Position numbers and translations under genes: made by a program
The notes under the pieces: generated by a model
The model's database searches: none
Told to the model about the DNA's origin: nothing
What the model saw: the letters and a program-made list of their open reading frames with translations, nothing else
DNA from: a virus
Taxonomy: Duplodnaviria; Caudoviricetes
Direction: 5' to 3' (one strand)
Virus record (IMG/VR): IMGVR_UViG_3300037478_000216
Coordinates: 1 to 45,867 of that record
Length of the DNA: 45,867 bases
Shown here: positions 37,163-45,702 of the stretch, one piece after another
Position numbering within the stretch: position 1 is the stretch's first letter
Layout of the letters: every line of letters starts with the position of its first letter

Positions 37163-38737
37163 GTGAGTAGAAATAGAAATAGAAATAGACCAGAGGCCGA
37201 GCCGCAAGCGGGCGGCGGGGGAGGCGGCAGTTCTGCGTTGCCCTTGCAATATGTGATGCCCTCTGGCGTGTCGGTCAGTTCCACCACTGTCTACGAGGCC
37301 GACATCACCATCCCGCTTGAAGCCAACACGACCTACATGATCCCGGTCGATCTGGCGGTTGGGACGGAAGCGGCCAACAGCGGCATCAATCTTGCGCTGG
37401 ACGTTCCGAGCGGCGCTGAGGGTATGTGGTCGATTGCCTGCGGGCGAATTGGTGCCACTTCCATGGCCATGCTCGCGGGCGGCTTGGGGGACGCGCTGGC
37501 GTTCGGCAGCTTCGGGCTGATCCTTGACCTTGCCAACTCTGCTGCCGTCTGTGGGCTAATCAGCATTACGACCACGGATGCGGGCAATCTCGTAATCAAG
37601 CACCGCAAGACCACGGGCACGGGGTCAGTAACGGCGCAGGCTGGAAGTCGGGCGACGGTCTATAAGAATCCCACAGTGCAAGTGCTGGCGGAAGATTACA
37701 CGAACGCCACGAACATCGTGACGCCGGTCCAGACGATCAATCTTGCAGAGGGCGTGCATCTTCTAGAAGTCTGCCACCAGCAGTTCAGTGAGAATGCGGC
37801 TGTTGCTCTCCTGTATAGCTACTCCGCGACCAATGCGACGTTCATTGCGTTGAAGTCAGAGGGGCTAAGTACGGCGGTGAGCGTCAGCGATGTGCGCACC
37901 ACCGGTGCCGAGACATCTGCTACGGGACTTCCATTGACGCCCGGCGTCGGCTGTCTCAAGCGCATACTCGTTACTGTCGCGGCTGGTGGGGGTACATTTA
38001 CGATTGGTGCAAGGTCGGAAAACGACGGGACACAGGTAACCGTCCCGGCTGGTGCGACAATATGGGACCGGCTGGTTACGCCCGTTGCGGCTTCTTTCCC
38101 AATCGCCAACACAAGCGACACGGTGCCGAGCATCGTGTTCGCGTTCCCGGTCGAGACCAAGCATTACGTGGCGACTATTGGCGTAGCGCTGACTACCAAT
38201 TCGACGAACACCGGCCAGTTCGTGGGCTTCTCAAGCACCCCAGGAGACGGCGGAATCTTCGCCTGCGGCTATTTCAGTTCCGGGCCAACTGGCGGCACCA
38301 CGAGCGGGCGCAGGCAAGTTGACGATGATATCGAAGGGTACGCGCAAAGCATGGGTGCAACCGAATGCCCCGCCGCGTACCGGATGCACATTGACGGGGG
38401 TAGCGACGAATGGACCTCAACCATCGACTTTGGCCCCGGCTATGACGACACAGATACCGCCCTTGTCGTCGCCGACGCTACAGGCTTGTCGGCGAACACG
38501 GTGGTTCGTTGCGTGGAGACGGATGAACTCATGTTCGTCACGGCGGTCAACACCAACACATTGACCGTCATACGCGGCTACAATGGCACCACCGCGCAGA
38601 ATCTCCCGAACGGCAGCACACTACAGGCAGCGGGCGGGACACCATCATTTGTGATTCGCCGCGAGGCCGTAGGCTCCGGCGACTGCACGGCGGAGCGGGG
38701 CTTCGCGATTCTGGAGGAGGTGCAACTTGCGGCTTAG
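37163..38737 (+). CDS. Putative receptor-binding/fibre protein
   Basis: Repeated beta-sandwich-like modules; C-terminal DELM.VTAV.TNTLTV.RGYNGTTA domain seen in virion proteins. Confidence 0.55.
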   Translation: MSRNRNRNRPEAEPQAGGGGGGSSALPLQYVMPSGVSVSSTTVYEADITIPLEANTTYMIPVDLAVGTEAANSGINLALDVPSGAEGMWSIACGRIGATSMAMLAGGLGDALAFGSFGLILDLANSAAVCGLISITTTDAGNLVIKHRKTTGTGSVTAQAGSRATVYKNPTVQVLAEDYTNATNIVTPVQTINLAEGVHLLEVCHQQFSENAAVALLYSYSATNATFIALKSEGLSTAVSVSDVRTTGAETSATGLPLTPGVGCLKRILVTVAAGGGTFTIGARSENDGTQVTVPAGATIWDRLVTPVAASFPIANTSDTVPSIVFAFPVETKHYVATIGVALTTNSTNTGQFVGFSSTPGDGGIFACGYFSSGPTGGTTSGRRQVDDDIEGYAQSMGATECPAAYRMHIDGGSDEWTSTIDFGPGYDDTDTALVVADATGLSANTVVRCVETDELMFVTAVNTNTLTVIRGYNGTTAQNLPNGSTLQAAGGTPSFVIRREAVGSGDCTAERGFAILEEVQLAA

Positions 38738-39263
38738 CCTGCTCATCCTCGCGCTCGCACTTGCGGGCTGCGGCACGACCCAATGGCTCGATACGCTACC
38801 GGGACATGTGCGCGTCGGCGTCGCTGGAACGCCGGAAGTCCGCGCGGACGGGTTCGCTGCATGGATACCACTCGACCGTCCCAACGGGCGCGGGAGCATA
38901 CAGAACGTTGACCACGGGGACAGCGTGGGCACGGAGTATCATGCTTCGTGGTTATGGCGACCTGACAGGCACACGCTATCCAGCGACCAGCCTATCCCGT
39001 ACCGCAAGCGCGTAATGACCATTCGCGAGGGCGAGGTTGACGGTATCCGTATGGCACCGTGGGGCGTGGCGCTGTTGTACGGATGGAAGCCGAACCAGAA
39101 CGTGGAGACGCAATTCTTCTTTGGGCAACAGGGCCGGATTGTCAGCGAAGATTTATCGACGCAGACGGTGTGGGAAGTAGAATTGTGGGGCACAGAAACC
39201 CCGCCGCGACTGCGGGTTACCTGCGTTGATACTGGCGATTACTTGGAGTTTTTGGGAGAGTGA
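38727..39263 (+). CDS. Predicted lipoprotein
   Basis: Canonical lipobox [15 protein letters not shown]. Confidence 0.7.
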   Translation: MRLSLLILALALAGCGTTQWLDTLPGHVRVGVAGTPEVRADGFAAWIPLDRPNGRGSIQNVDHGDSVGTEYHASWLWRPDRHTLSSDQPIPYRKRVMTIREGEVDGIRMAPWGVALLYGWKPNQNVETQFFFGQQGRIVSEDLSTQTVWEVELWGTETPPRLRVTCVDTGDYLEFLGE

Positions 39264-39514
39264 ACATGGCGATGTTTCGCAAGAAGCCCGTGGTGATCGA
39301 GGCCGAGCAATGGGACGGGACGGACGCGGAAGCGGAGCGCCTTGGGCTGATCTACATGGGCGGCAAGCTCAAGGGGATCACAAGGGGCTGGTTCTGCGAA
39401 ACGTTAGAGGGGAGTCTCCACGTGTCCGTCAACGACTGGATCATCGCCGGGGCGAAGGGCGAGCGGTATCCGTGCAAACCGGACATTTTCGAGGCGACTT
39501 ACGAACCTGTGTGA
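39260..39514 (+). CDS. Conserved phage protein ([19 protein letters not shown] family)
   Basis: [36 protein letters not shown]. Confidence 0.85.
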   Translation: MNMAMFRKKPVVIEAEQWDGTDAEAERLGLIYMGGKLKGITRGWFCETLEGSLHVSVNDWIIAGAKGERYPCKPDIFEATYEPV

Positions 39515-39527
39515 TGCGGAGGGAGCC

Positions 39528-39680
39528 ATGAACACCGAGGAAGTGGCGCAAGAAATAGTAGAGCTTATTGACGACGAATGGCCCGACCAATATAGGATTC
39601 CAGACGACGTCGACGAGATGGCAAAAAAGGTTCGTGCCATTCTTGATAGGTTCATTTTTCAATTCGGGGAGGAGGAATAG
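39528..39680 (+). CDS. Small acidic hypothetical protein (50 aa)
   Basis: MNTEEVAQEIVELIDDEW.. after GGAGGGAG; its stop abuts the next ATG. Confidence 0.55.
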   Translation: MNTEEVAQEIVELIDDEWPDQYRIPDDVDEMAKKVRAILDRFIFQFGEEE

Positions 39681-39962
39681 ATGGAGTGGTGGCAGGCTAT
39701 ACTTGCCTTTTGCTCGGCGACGGCGGTTCCGCTCATGATTTTAGCAGTACGGAAGCTGTCAAGCATCGACAACAGGATGGCCACAATGGAAGAGCGAATC
39801 AACGGCGTTATGAAAAACCACGCGGTGCTGGAGAAGTCCGACGAGAAGATCAACGAAAGGCTCGGATGGGGCGCGAGCAAGATTCAACAGTTAGTGAGCC
39901 GAACGGCTGTGTTAGAGTTCAGAGTCAACAGGCTGGACAACCAAGGGAGGAAGGGCCAATGA
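39681..39962 (+). CDS. Membrane-anchored coiled-coil protein (lysis cassette)
   Basis: N-terminal TM helix followed by a heptad region. Confidence 0.55.
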   Translation: MEWWQAILAFCSATAVPLMILAVRKLSSIDNRMATMEERINGVMKNHAVLEKSDEKINERLGWGASKIQQLVSRTAVLEFRVNRLDNQGRKGQ

Positions 39963-40174
39963 GCGCAAGTTTTTTTGAAAAGCTGGGAAAATCCAACTGG
40001 AACAGCAAGAAGCTGGCGGTGTCGGTTGCGGGCATCCTCTCCATACCGGCACTAGAGCTGCCGACGGACAGCTACTGGATACTCGGAATATACCTGTTTG
40101 TTCAGGGGGCGGTAGACATGATAAAGGTTCTGCTAAAACCAGACGAAGGAGGGCCGGATGTTGAGGATGTGTAG
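39959..40174 (+). CDS. Putative holin
   Basis: 71 aa; SKKLAVSV..TM..YLFVQGAVD resembles SRK-type small holins. Confidence 0.55.
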   Translation: MSASFFEKLGKSNWNSKKLAVSVAGILSIPALELPTDSYWILGIYLFVQGAVDMIKVLLKPDEGGPDVEDV

Positions 40175-40268
40175 GGTAGTCGTGCTCGCGGTCGCCATTG
40201 TAGCTGCGGCCATATGGGTAAAAAGAAAGACGGACAAGAAGAAGACCGTATTGCGGCCAGCGATCTAA
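40158..40268 (+). CDS. 36-aa membrane peptide with basic tail
   Basis: MLRMCRVVVLAVAIVAAAIWVKRKTDKKK.. after AGGAGG. Confidence 0.5.
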   Translation: MLRMCRVVVLAVAIVAAAIWVKRKTDKKKTVLRPAI

Positions 40269-40306
40269 GTTGATCGTCGTGTTGCAATCCAACACAAGGG
40301 AGTAAG

Positions 40307-40690
40307 ATGAAAATCGCTATTGTAGTGCTGATTCTTGCATTGACCGTGCTTGTGGTTATTGGCTGTGCCTCTACCGACGCGCTCTTTATGAAGCCGGAAA
40401 AGAACGCTGCCGGGGAAACGCTGTACGAGGCAATCGACTCGGAACAGCTACCGGAAGGCTCGCCCACGGAAGTCTCACAAAGCGAGCTCGACGCAATGTC
40501 GCCGGAGATGCGGAATCTGTATCAAATCAAGTTCAGCGACACCGCAAAAGATGGAAACGACTTTGCGCTTGAGGGCGTGGCAATCGGGGGCGTCTCCGTT
40601 GCTGGCATCTTTGGCATCATTGCAAGTATCTACGCTCTTATCCGGCGCGCGACGAAGAAAAAGCAGGCAGCCCAAGCAAAGGCTGCGTAA
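40307..40690 (+). CDS. Putative unimolecular spanin (u-spanin)
   Basis: N-terminal lipobox VIG-C plus C-terminal TM (VAIGGVSVAGIFGIIASIYALI) and a basic tail, within the lysis region. Confidence 0.55.
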   Translation: MKIAIVVLILALTVLVVIGCASTDALFMKPEKNAAGETLYEAIDSEQLPEGSPTEVSQSELDAMSPEMRNLYQIKFSDTAKDGNDFALEGVAIGGVSVAGIFGIIASIYALIRRATKKKQAAQAKAA

Positions 40691-40954
40691 ATGAAAAGGG
40701 TTAGAAAGCTGCCTGTTGGGAACTTTGAGAACAGGAAGCCGCCCGACGACGAGAAGCCGATAGGTATGTGTACTTTGGCTGAAATAGTGGCACACATCGA
40801 GAAAAGGGACGGCGTTCACTTCCTCTTTGTGTGCTACTGGCCAGAGGCGCTAAAGGGATGGAAGGGAAATCTGGCGGCGCTGAGATCGGATAAGGTAAAC
40901 AAGTGGATAGTCAAAGACCTGCTCAAGTTCATTGCCGGGGAATACGACCTTTAG
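40691..40954 (+). CDS. Hypothetical protein
   Basis: 87-aa ORF abutting the upstream stop. Confidence 0.55.
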   Translation: MKRVRKLPVGNFENRKPPDDEKPIGMCTLAEIVAHIEKRDGVHFLFVCYWPEALKGWKGNLAALRSDKVNKWIVKDLLKFIAGEYDL

Positions 40955-40967
40955 AAAGAGAAACAAC

Positions 40968-41720
40968 GTGAAAGCAAGAAAGAAACGAAGGGATGTAAGT
41001 ACGGACGGTCGGAGAATCCTAGTGATTCCAGACCTCCACGCCCCGTTCATTCATCGGGACGCCCTGGCCTTCTGTCAAGAGATTCAGGATGTCCACGGTA
41101 CGGACACAACTGTATTTCTTGGCGACGAAATTGACTCGCACGCCATTAGCAACTACCAGAAGGATGCCGATGGTATGTCTGCGGGGCAGGAGTACGAGAA
41201 AGCCATTGAGGAGCTTCAGGGCTGGTACAAAGAGTTTCCAGACGCCCTAATCTGTCGGTCGAATCACACAGACAGGGCCTGGAATAAAATGCGCGAGATT
41301 GGGCTTCCCGAAATGTTTATTCCCACAGTCCGCGACGTGCTGAAGGCCCCCGCTGGGTGGGAGTGGGCAGAACACCACCGGATGGGCGACGTTGTGTTCG
41401 AGCACGGGACCAACTCTGGCGGCAAGTACCCCTACGCCAACGCTGCGTCTGCGAACGGGGTAGCAACGGTAATCGGGCACCACCACGGCTCGTTTGGAAT
41501 GTGGTGGCACACAACCCCGCACATTGCAATCTTTGGCATGGCCTGTGGCTGTCTGATTGACACCGATGCATATGCCTTTGCCTATGGCAGGGGACACAAG
41601 ACCAAGCCAATAATTGGGGCGGGTGCGGTACTCGACGGCCAGCCGGTCCTGTTCAAAATGTTCATGAATAGGCGCGGACGTTGGGACGGTAAGCTGCGCG
41701 TTTCCTACGAGGCGGAATAG
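40968..41720 (+). CDS. Calcineurin-like metallophosphoesterase
   Basis: DLH, GDEID, SNH, HG and GHHH metal-binding motifs. Confidence 0.88.
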   Translation: MKARKKRRDVSTDGRRILVIPDLHAPFIHRDALAFCQEIQDVHGTDTTVFLGDEIDSHAISNYQKDADGMSAGQEYEKAIEELQGWYKEFPDALICRSNHTDRAWNKMREIGLPEMFIPTVRDVLKAPAGWEWAEHHRMGDVVFEHGTNSGGKYPYANAASANGVATVIGHHHGSFGMWWHTTPHIAIFGMACGCLIDTDAYAFAYGRGHKTKPIIGAGAVLDGQPVLFKMFMNRRGRWDGKLRVSYEAE

Positions 41721-41926
41721 TGGCGCACATACTAAACGTACCCGACATCGTATCTATTGTTCTTGAAGACGTACAGGGATTTGCGAGCGCAGATGGAAAG
41801 CTAGTCGTTCCGCCGTTCAGGATAATGCACATCAAACAAGAGGACGGGTTGGAAACGAGAATCTCATTTAGCGCCAAGACGGCGGAGAACCTGGAGGTGA
41901 AAGTTGCAACTGAAAACGGTGGGTGA
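41720..41926 (+). CDS. Hypothetical protein
   Basis: Coupled 68-aa ORF. Confidence 0.5.
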   Translation: MAHILNVPDIVSIVLEDVQGFASADGKLVVPPFRIMHIKQEDGLETRISFSAKTAENLEVKVATENGG

Positions 41927-42671
41927 TATACTCTCGACGAGGAAGATCACATTCCTGGTCTACGGCGAGGATGGGCGGGGTAAGACGTCGCTTATCAAGT
42001 CTCTGGATTGTAAGCCGGAGGAGATTCTTCTGGTGGCGGCAGACCCTGGGCAACTGGCCCTGAAGCCGGTTCCTGCCGAAGTAATCAAGGCAAGGGGCCT
42101 GCCGGAATACCTTGGCCGGGACTTCACCGGAGTGTCGTGCCTCTCGCCCAAAACGGGAGAGGAGTTTCGCGAGGCTGCGGACTACATCAAAAAGGAGGCT
42201 CACAAGCGGTTCAAGTGGGTTATCATCGACGGACTAGACGAGGTTGGCAAGGACGTTCTGCGCCTGAAGATGGACAAGGAGCGAAGCCTCGGAAGCAAGG
42301 GTAACGTCCAGCGCGCATACGGTGAAATGGCCGACGCAATGGAGGCTTACATTGGGCTAATCATTGACGCCCCAATGTCCTCAATCTTCATTACGCACAT
42401 TGACGAGAACGAGAACAGCGACATCCAGTATGGCCCCTCGTTTCCCGGCAAGAAGATGAAAGACGCTCTTGGCCCAATCTTCGATGAGATTTTCTGCTAC
42501 AGGATATGCAGGAAAACGCCAGACTCTCCGAAGATGGAGCGCCTGCTCCAGTGTACCCCCAACACAGACCCACGTTACAAGAGCAAGGATAGGTCCGGGG
42601 CTCTTGACGACTTTGAATTGCCGGACCTTGGACGTATTTTGCGTAAAGTGTTCCTAACAGAGGAGAAGTAA
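41904..42671 (+). CDS. Sak4-like (AAA_24) recombinase/ATPase
   Basis: LVYGEDGRGKTS, VIIDGLDE, FITH, KDRSG. Confidence 0.85.
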   Translation: MQLKTVGDILSTRKITFLVYGEDGRGKTSLIKSLDCKPEEILLVAADPGQLALKPVPAEVIKARGLPEYLGRDFTGVSCLSPKTGEEFREAADYIKKEAHKRFKWVIIDGLDEVGKDVLRLKMDKERSLGSKGNVQRAYGEMADAMEAYIGLIIDAPMSSIFITHIDENENSDIQYGPSFPGKKMKDALGPIFDEIFCYRICRKTPDSPKMERLLQCTPNTDPRYKSKDRSGALDDFELPDLGRILRKVFLTEEK

Positions 42672-42672
42672 G

Positions 42673-43308
42673 ATGGTAGAAGGAATGGAAGACGATGTAT
42701 TCGACGCTCCAGTGTCGGAACAGGTGCGGGAAATGAATCCCGACGAGCCCGTTGTGGTGGAAATCCGCTCCGCCGAACGGGTTGAAACCAAGGACGGAAC
42801 CGGCGTTATGCTCAACCTTGAGCTGCGCGTTGGCACAAAGCCGTGGAATGGCCGCAAGGCGTTCGAGCGCCTCTACATTGCGACCAGCGACAAGGACAAC
42901 AAGGGTCGCATGCAGGGCGCGGCAAGCGGTTCACGCAAGGCCAAGCAAATCTGCGAGGCTGCCGGCTTCCTGAATCTCAAGGACGCCAAGGCTCGTGGCG
43001 AACAAGCCCTGGCCGAGGCCAAGCGGGCTATCCAGATCGGCCTCGCGGAGGCAACGCGCGACGAAGAAGGCAACAAGACATACGAGGGCGCATTCGACTA
43101 CGGCAAGCTGAAGGGTCGCCACTTCATCGGCCTGTTCAAGATGGTGGACAATGAGTATGACGGGAGCGTAACCCGCATCCCCAAGCTGCTCAAAGCCAAG
43201 CCGATCAACATCGACGAAGTCAACGATGTGATCAAGTCTTGCGACTTCACCCGGCAAGACGAGGCAGAAGCGGCTGGTTCGGATGGCGAAGGGCTGCCGC
43301 CATTCTAA
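42673..43308 (+). CDS. DUF669-like single-stranded DNA-binding protein
   Basis: Follows Sak4; OB-like pattern, GRKAFERL, acidic tail ending PPF. Confidence 0.7.
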   Translation: MVEGMEDDVFDAPVSEQVREMNPDEPVVVEIRSAERVETKDGTGVMLNLELRVGTKPWNGRKAFERLYIATSDKDNKGRMQGAASGSRKAKQICEAAGFLNLKDAKARGEQALAEAKRAIQIGLAEATRDEEGNKTYEGAFDYGKLKGRHFIGLFKMVDNEYDGSVTRIPKLLKAKPINIDEVNDVIKSCDFTRQDEAEAAGSDGEGLPPF

Positions 43309-43322
43309 AGTGCTATCACTTC

Positions 43323-43348
43323 GGGGCCACGCTATCAACGGTGGCCCC
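43323..43348 (+). terminator. Stem-loop after the SSB gene
   Basis: GGGGCCAC-N10-GTGGCCCC. Confidence 0.55.
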
Positions 43349-43363
43349 AACGGTAATAACACC

Positions 43364-43702
43364 ATGACAACACCGCAAGCCACAAACGAAAGGCCAGACG
43401 TTGGGCAGGGGTTCGTGTTCCTAGACGACTGCCCCTGGGTGAATAGTAAGTATTGGGGCACGGTTGCGCGGCTAGCTAAACCAGAGCCAGAGTTCGAACA
43501 ATACGTGTTCGAGCTATACGACGGAACACAGTTCATGCTGCACACTAGCTGGTGGGACTTCCCCAACGAGGATAACGCCAACTTCCAATGGCTGTCTGGC
43601 GACCACGAATATGAAGCATTCAAGCGTAGACGTGACGCCATATTCCGCCATATGTTCAGGCCCAAACCTGTGGAAATCCCAAGACCGCCCCGCGAGTTCT
43701 AG
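43364..43702 (+). CDS. Hypothetical protein
   Basis: ATG at 43364; 112 aa. Confidence 0.55.
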   Translation: MTTPQATNERPDVGQGFVFLDDCPWVNSKYWGTVARLAKPEPEFEQYVFELYDGTQFMLHTSWWDFPNEDNANFQWLSGDHEYEAFKRRRDAIFRHMFRPKPVEIPRPPREF

Positions 43703-43890
43703 GATTCTACACAGCATTCGAGATTGAATCCTGGACGCGCGAGGCGATTCACAGCTCGGCGCAATCCCACGACACAATTCTGGAAACAAAAAGTGAAAAA
43801 CTGTCCTGAGATATTTTTACTAGAAGTTGCTCTAACACCTGCACGGGCCGGTCGCGGGGAGGGGATGGGGCTGGGTGATTCTTGGCACAC

Positions 43891-43924
43891 GTTACCACGG
43901 GGTAACACGTTACCAAACGGTAAC
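43891..43924 (+). promoter_or_regulatory. Tandem palindromic operators GTTACC-N4-GGTAAC x2
   Basis: 43891-43906 and 43909-43924 (18-bp period). Confidence 0.7.
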
Positions 43925-44002
43925 ATTGAGACGAAAGTCATATTCTCTGGATTGTGCGAGACGTCACTAAGCTATCTGTGTGAGACGTCACAGCCTGGCC
44001 AA

Positions 44003-44018
44003 TTGGCACAGTTATTGC
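44003..44018 (+). promoter_or_regulatory. Sigma54 (-24/-12) promoter 1
   Basis: TTGGCACAGTTATTGC; GG-N10-GC spacing exact. Confidence 0.65.
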
Positions 44019-44167
44019 CTCTCTCGCTAGGTTGAAATGCGGGGTACTAGGGTACGAGCTGCGCGCCAGTTTGCGATTGTGGGGCATCCTGCGACTCCGG
44101 CCCGGAACCCCGCGCCAGTGGCGGATTCCAAACGTTTGATATAGAACGATGGGACTATCGCCCCGAA

Positions 44168-44184
44168 TTGGCACGTAACTTGCT
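44168..44184 (+). promoter_or_regulatory. Sigma54 (-24/-12) promoter 2
   Basis: TTGGCACGTAACTTGCT, a full match to YTGGCACGNNNNTTGCW. Confidence 0.8.
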
Positions 44185-44263
44185 AGATACCGGGCGGTAA
44201 CGTTTTCGGTAACGGCCAGTGGCGAAAAGGTAACGTGACAGCGAGAAATGGGCCTTTGGGGAA

Positions 44264-44280
44264 TTGGCACAGGGCTTGCT
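44264..44280 (+). promoter_or_regulatory. Sigma54 (-24/-12) promoter 3
   Basis: TTGGCACAGGGCTTGCT. Confidence 0.75.
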
Positions 44281-44451
44281 ACACGTAGGGTAGTTTCGCT
44301 TAGGCTAGGGGCCGGTCATACTGGCTGCCGAATCCGAAAGGGAACCCGCGACGGGCCGCCGCAAGCACATTGCCGCTCGCCGCATTCAATAAAATAGGCG
44401 ACGTAACTCAGCCTAGTCCAATGAGTTACATACTTCAACCGGAGTACAGAC

Positions 44452-44874
44452 ATGGCTTGGAACTTCAACGCACAAAAGAAGGCGTTTCGTACGGCGGACT
44501 CGTTCGCCAGTCTCAAAGAAATGGCGCGGACTGACAATCCCGGACGGTGGAATGAAGACGGAACGCCAACAACGGGTTCTGCCGAAAATGGCGCAATCGA
44601 CAATGCGGTAATGATTGCCCGCGATGCCTTCTGCCGCAAACTCGCATTGGCAACGGCGGCACAGTCAACGGGCCTGTCGAAAATGCCGAGTGACAAGGAA
44701 GGGTTGAAACTCCGCGCGGAAGATGCAGACTTCAAGGCGGCATATGAAACCGCGCTGGGCAAGGCCAAGGCCCGTTACAAGTGGGATGATGAACCGCGCG
44801 GGACCGGCGGAAGAGGGCGCGGTGGCCGAGACATCGGTGACTTTCTCGATGGGGAAGACGACCTGCTCGAATAG
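44452..44874 (+). CDS. Hypothetical protein with RGG and acidic tail
   Basis: GGAG RBS; first ORF after the sigma54 cluster; followed by a hairpin. Confidence 0.75.
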   Translation: MAWNFNAQKKAFRTADSFASLKEMARTDNPGRWNEDGTPTTGSAENGAIDNAVMIARDAFCRKLALATAAQSTGLSKMPSDKEGLKLRAEDADFKAAYETALGKAKARYKWDDEPRGTGGRGRGGRDIGDFLDGEDDLLE

Positions 44875-44908
44875 CAGACTCCCAGAACTGCTTACCCCCA
44901 CTGGCCGA

Positions 44909-44941
44909 AAGCGCAAGCCCATTGATTACGGGCTTGCGCTT
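44909..44941 (+). terminator. 12-bp stem-loop
   Basis: AAGCGCAAGCCC-N9-GGGCTTGCGCTT. Confidence 0.65.
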
Positions 44942-45057
44942 GAAACCGAACGTCACAAGTGAGATGTGCAAAGTACGCAAAGGCGACCACTGTCTCACTT
45001 GCCTGCCGAAAGCCCCCAGAGTATCAAGCATGAGAAATGGGGGCTTGAAAGCCCACA

Positions 45058-45153
45058 ATGGAAACACTAACCGAAATCGCAAAATGGATTGTGCGCCTTG
45101 CTGTCGCACTTGCGATATTCCTGCTAACGGCCCTTGCAAAGGGGAAAGAATGA
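45058..45153 (+). CDS. 31-aa transmembrane peptide
   Basis: METLTEIAKWIVRLAVALAIFLLTALAKGKE; stop overlaps the next ATG (ATGA). Confidence 0.5.
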   Translation: METLTEIAKWIVRLAVALAIFLLTALAKGKE

Positions 45154-45380
45154 CCGCTTATGACCTCGCGGAATGGCAAAAGTTGCAGATTCGACTAAAA
45201 GACATGGGGTTTACTCTGATTCTGATTTCTCCGGAATCGTACAGTGACGCAAGAATCAGAGTATGGCCCGATGGCTACCCGGAACGCCATATAGATTTTC
45301 AAGGCGATTTAAGCCTAGAGAAATGGCTAGACGGGGTTGATTTCTGCCGGAAACAATCCGCCATGGGGGCCAAAGACTAG
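45150..45380 (+). CDS. Hypothetical protein (76 aa)
   Basis: MTAYDL.. after AGGGG; coupled. Confidence 0.6.
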   Translation: MTAYDLAEWQKLQIRLKDMGFTLILISPESYSDARIRVWPDGYPERHIDFQGDLSLEKWLDGVDFCRKQSAMGAKD

Positions 45381-45478
45381 CCCCCCCCCCTAGTGTGTTC
45401 TCTCGCAACGAGATCGGGAGTGACGCTCGCGCTATCAATGCACCTGTGTCACTCCCCACACTATGGGTTTAGATGTGT

Positions 45479-45519
45479 GCGGCGGACGGGCCGCCCACTA
45501 GGCCCCCCCCCCCTATCTG
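45479..45519 (+). repeat. Right terminal element: GCGGC-GGACGG-GCCGC hairpin then GG-C11-TATCTG
   Basis: Inverted, imperfect copy of 5-47. Confidence 0.85.
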
Positions 45520-45568
45520 GGGACCGGCGTGATTATGTTCATTCTGTTTCTCTTACAGGAGATGATGT

Positions 45569-45658
45569 ATGGAAACGATAGCGGCGTTCTTGTGGTACTC
45601 GACACTGGCCCTAGTCGCCCTGCTTCTGATCGCGGGGGCGGCGGGGGCGCTGCTGTAG
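45569..45658 (+). CDS. 29-aa transmembrane peptide
   Basis: METIAAFLWYSTLALVALLLIAGAAGALL after AGGAG. Confidence 0.55.
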   Translation: METIAAFLWYSTLALVALLLIAGAAGALL

Positions 45659-45702
45659 CGGCCGGTTTGTGCGCGAGTTATCCGTAGTATGCCATATGTG
45701 CA

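Noticed and set aside
37169-37189. AGAAAT x3 as a phase-variation tract
   Set aside because: A 6-nt unit keeps the reading frame and the copy number is low.
44922-45149. Cys-rich N-terminal extension of ORF 44922..45380
   Set aside because: It starts inside a terminator hairpin without an RBS; the coupled peptide plus the ATG at 45150 explains the region better.
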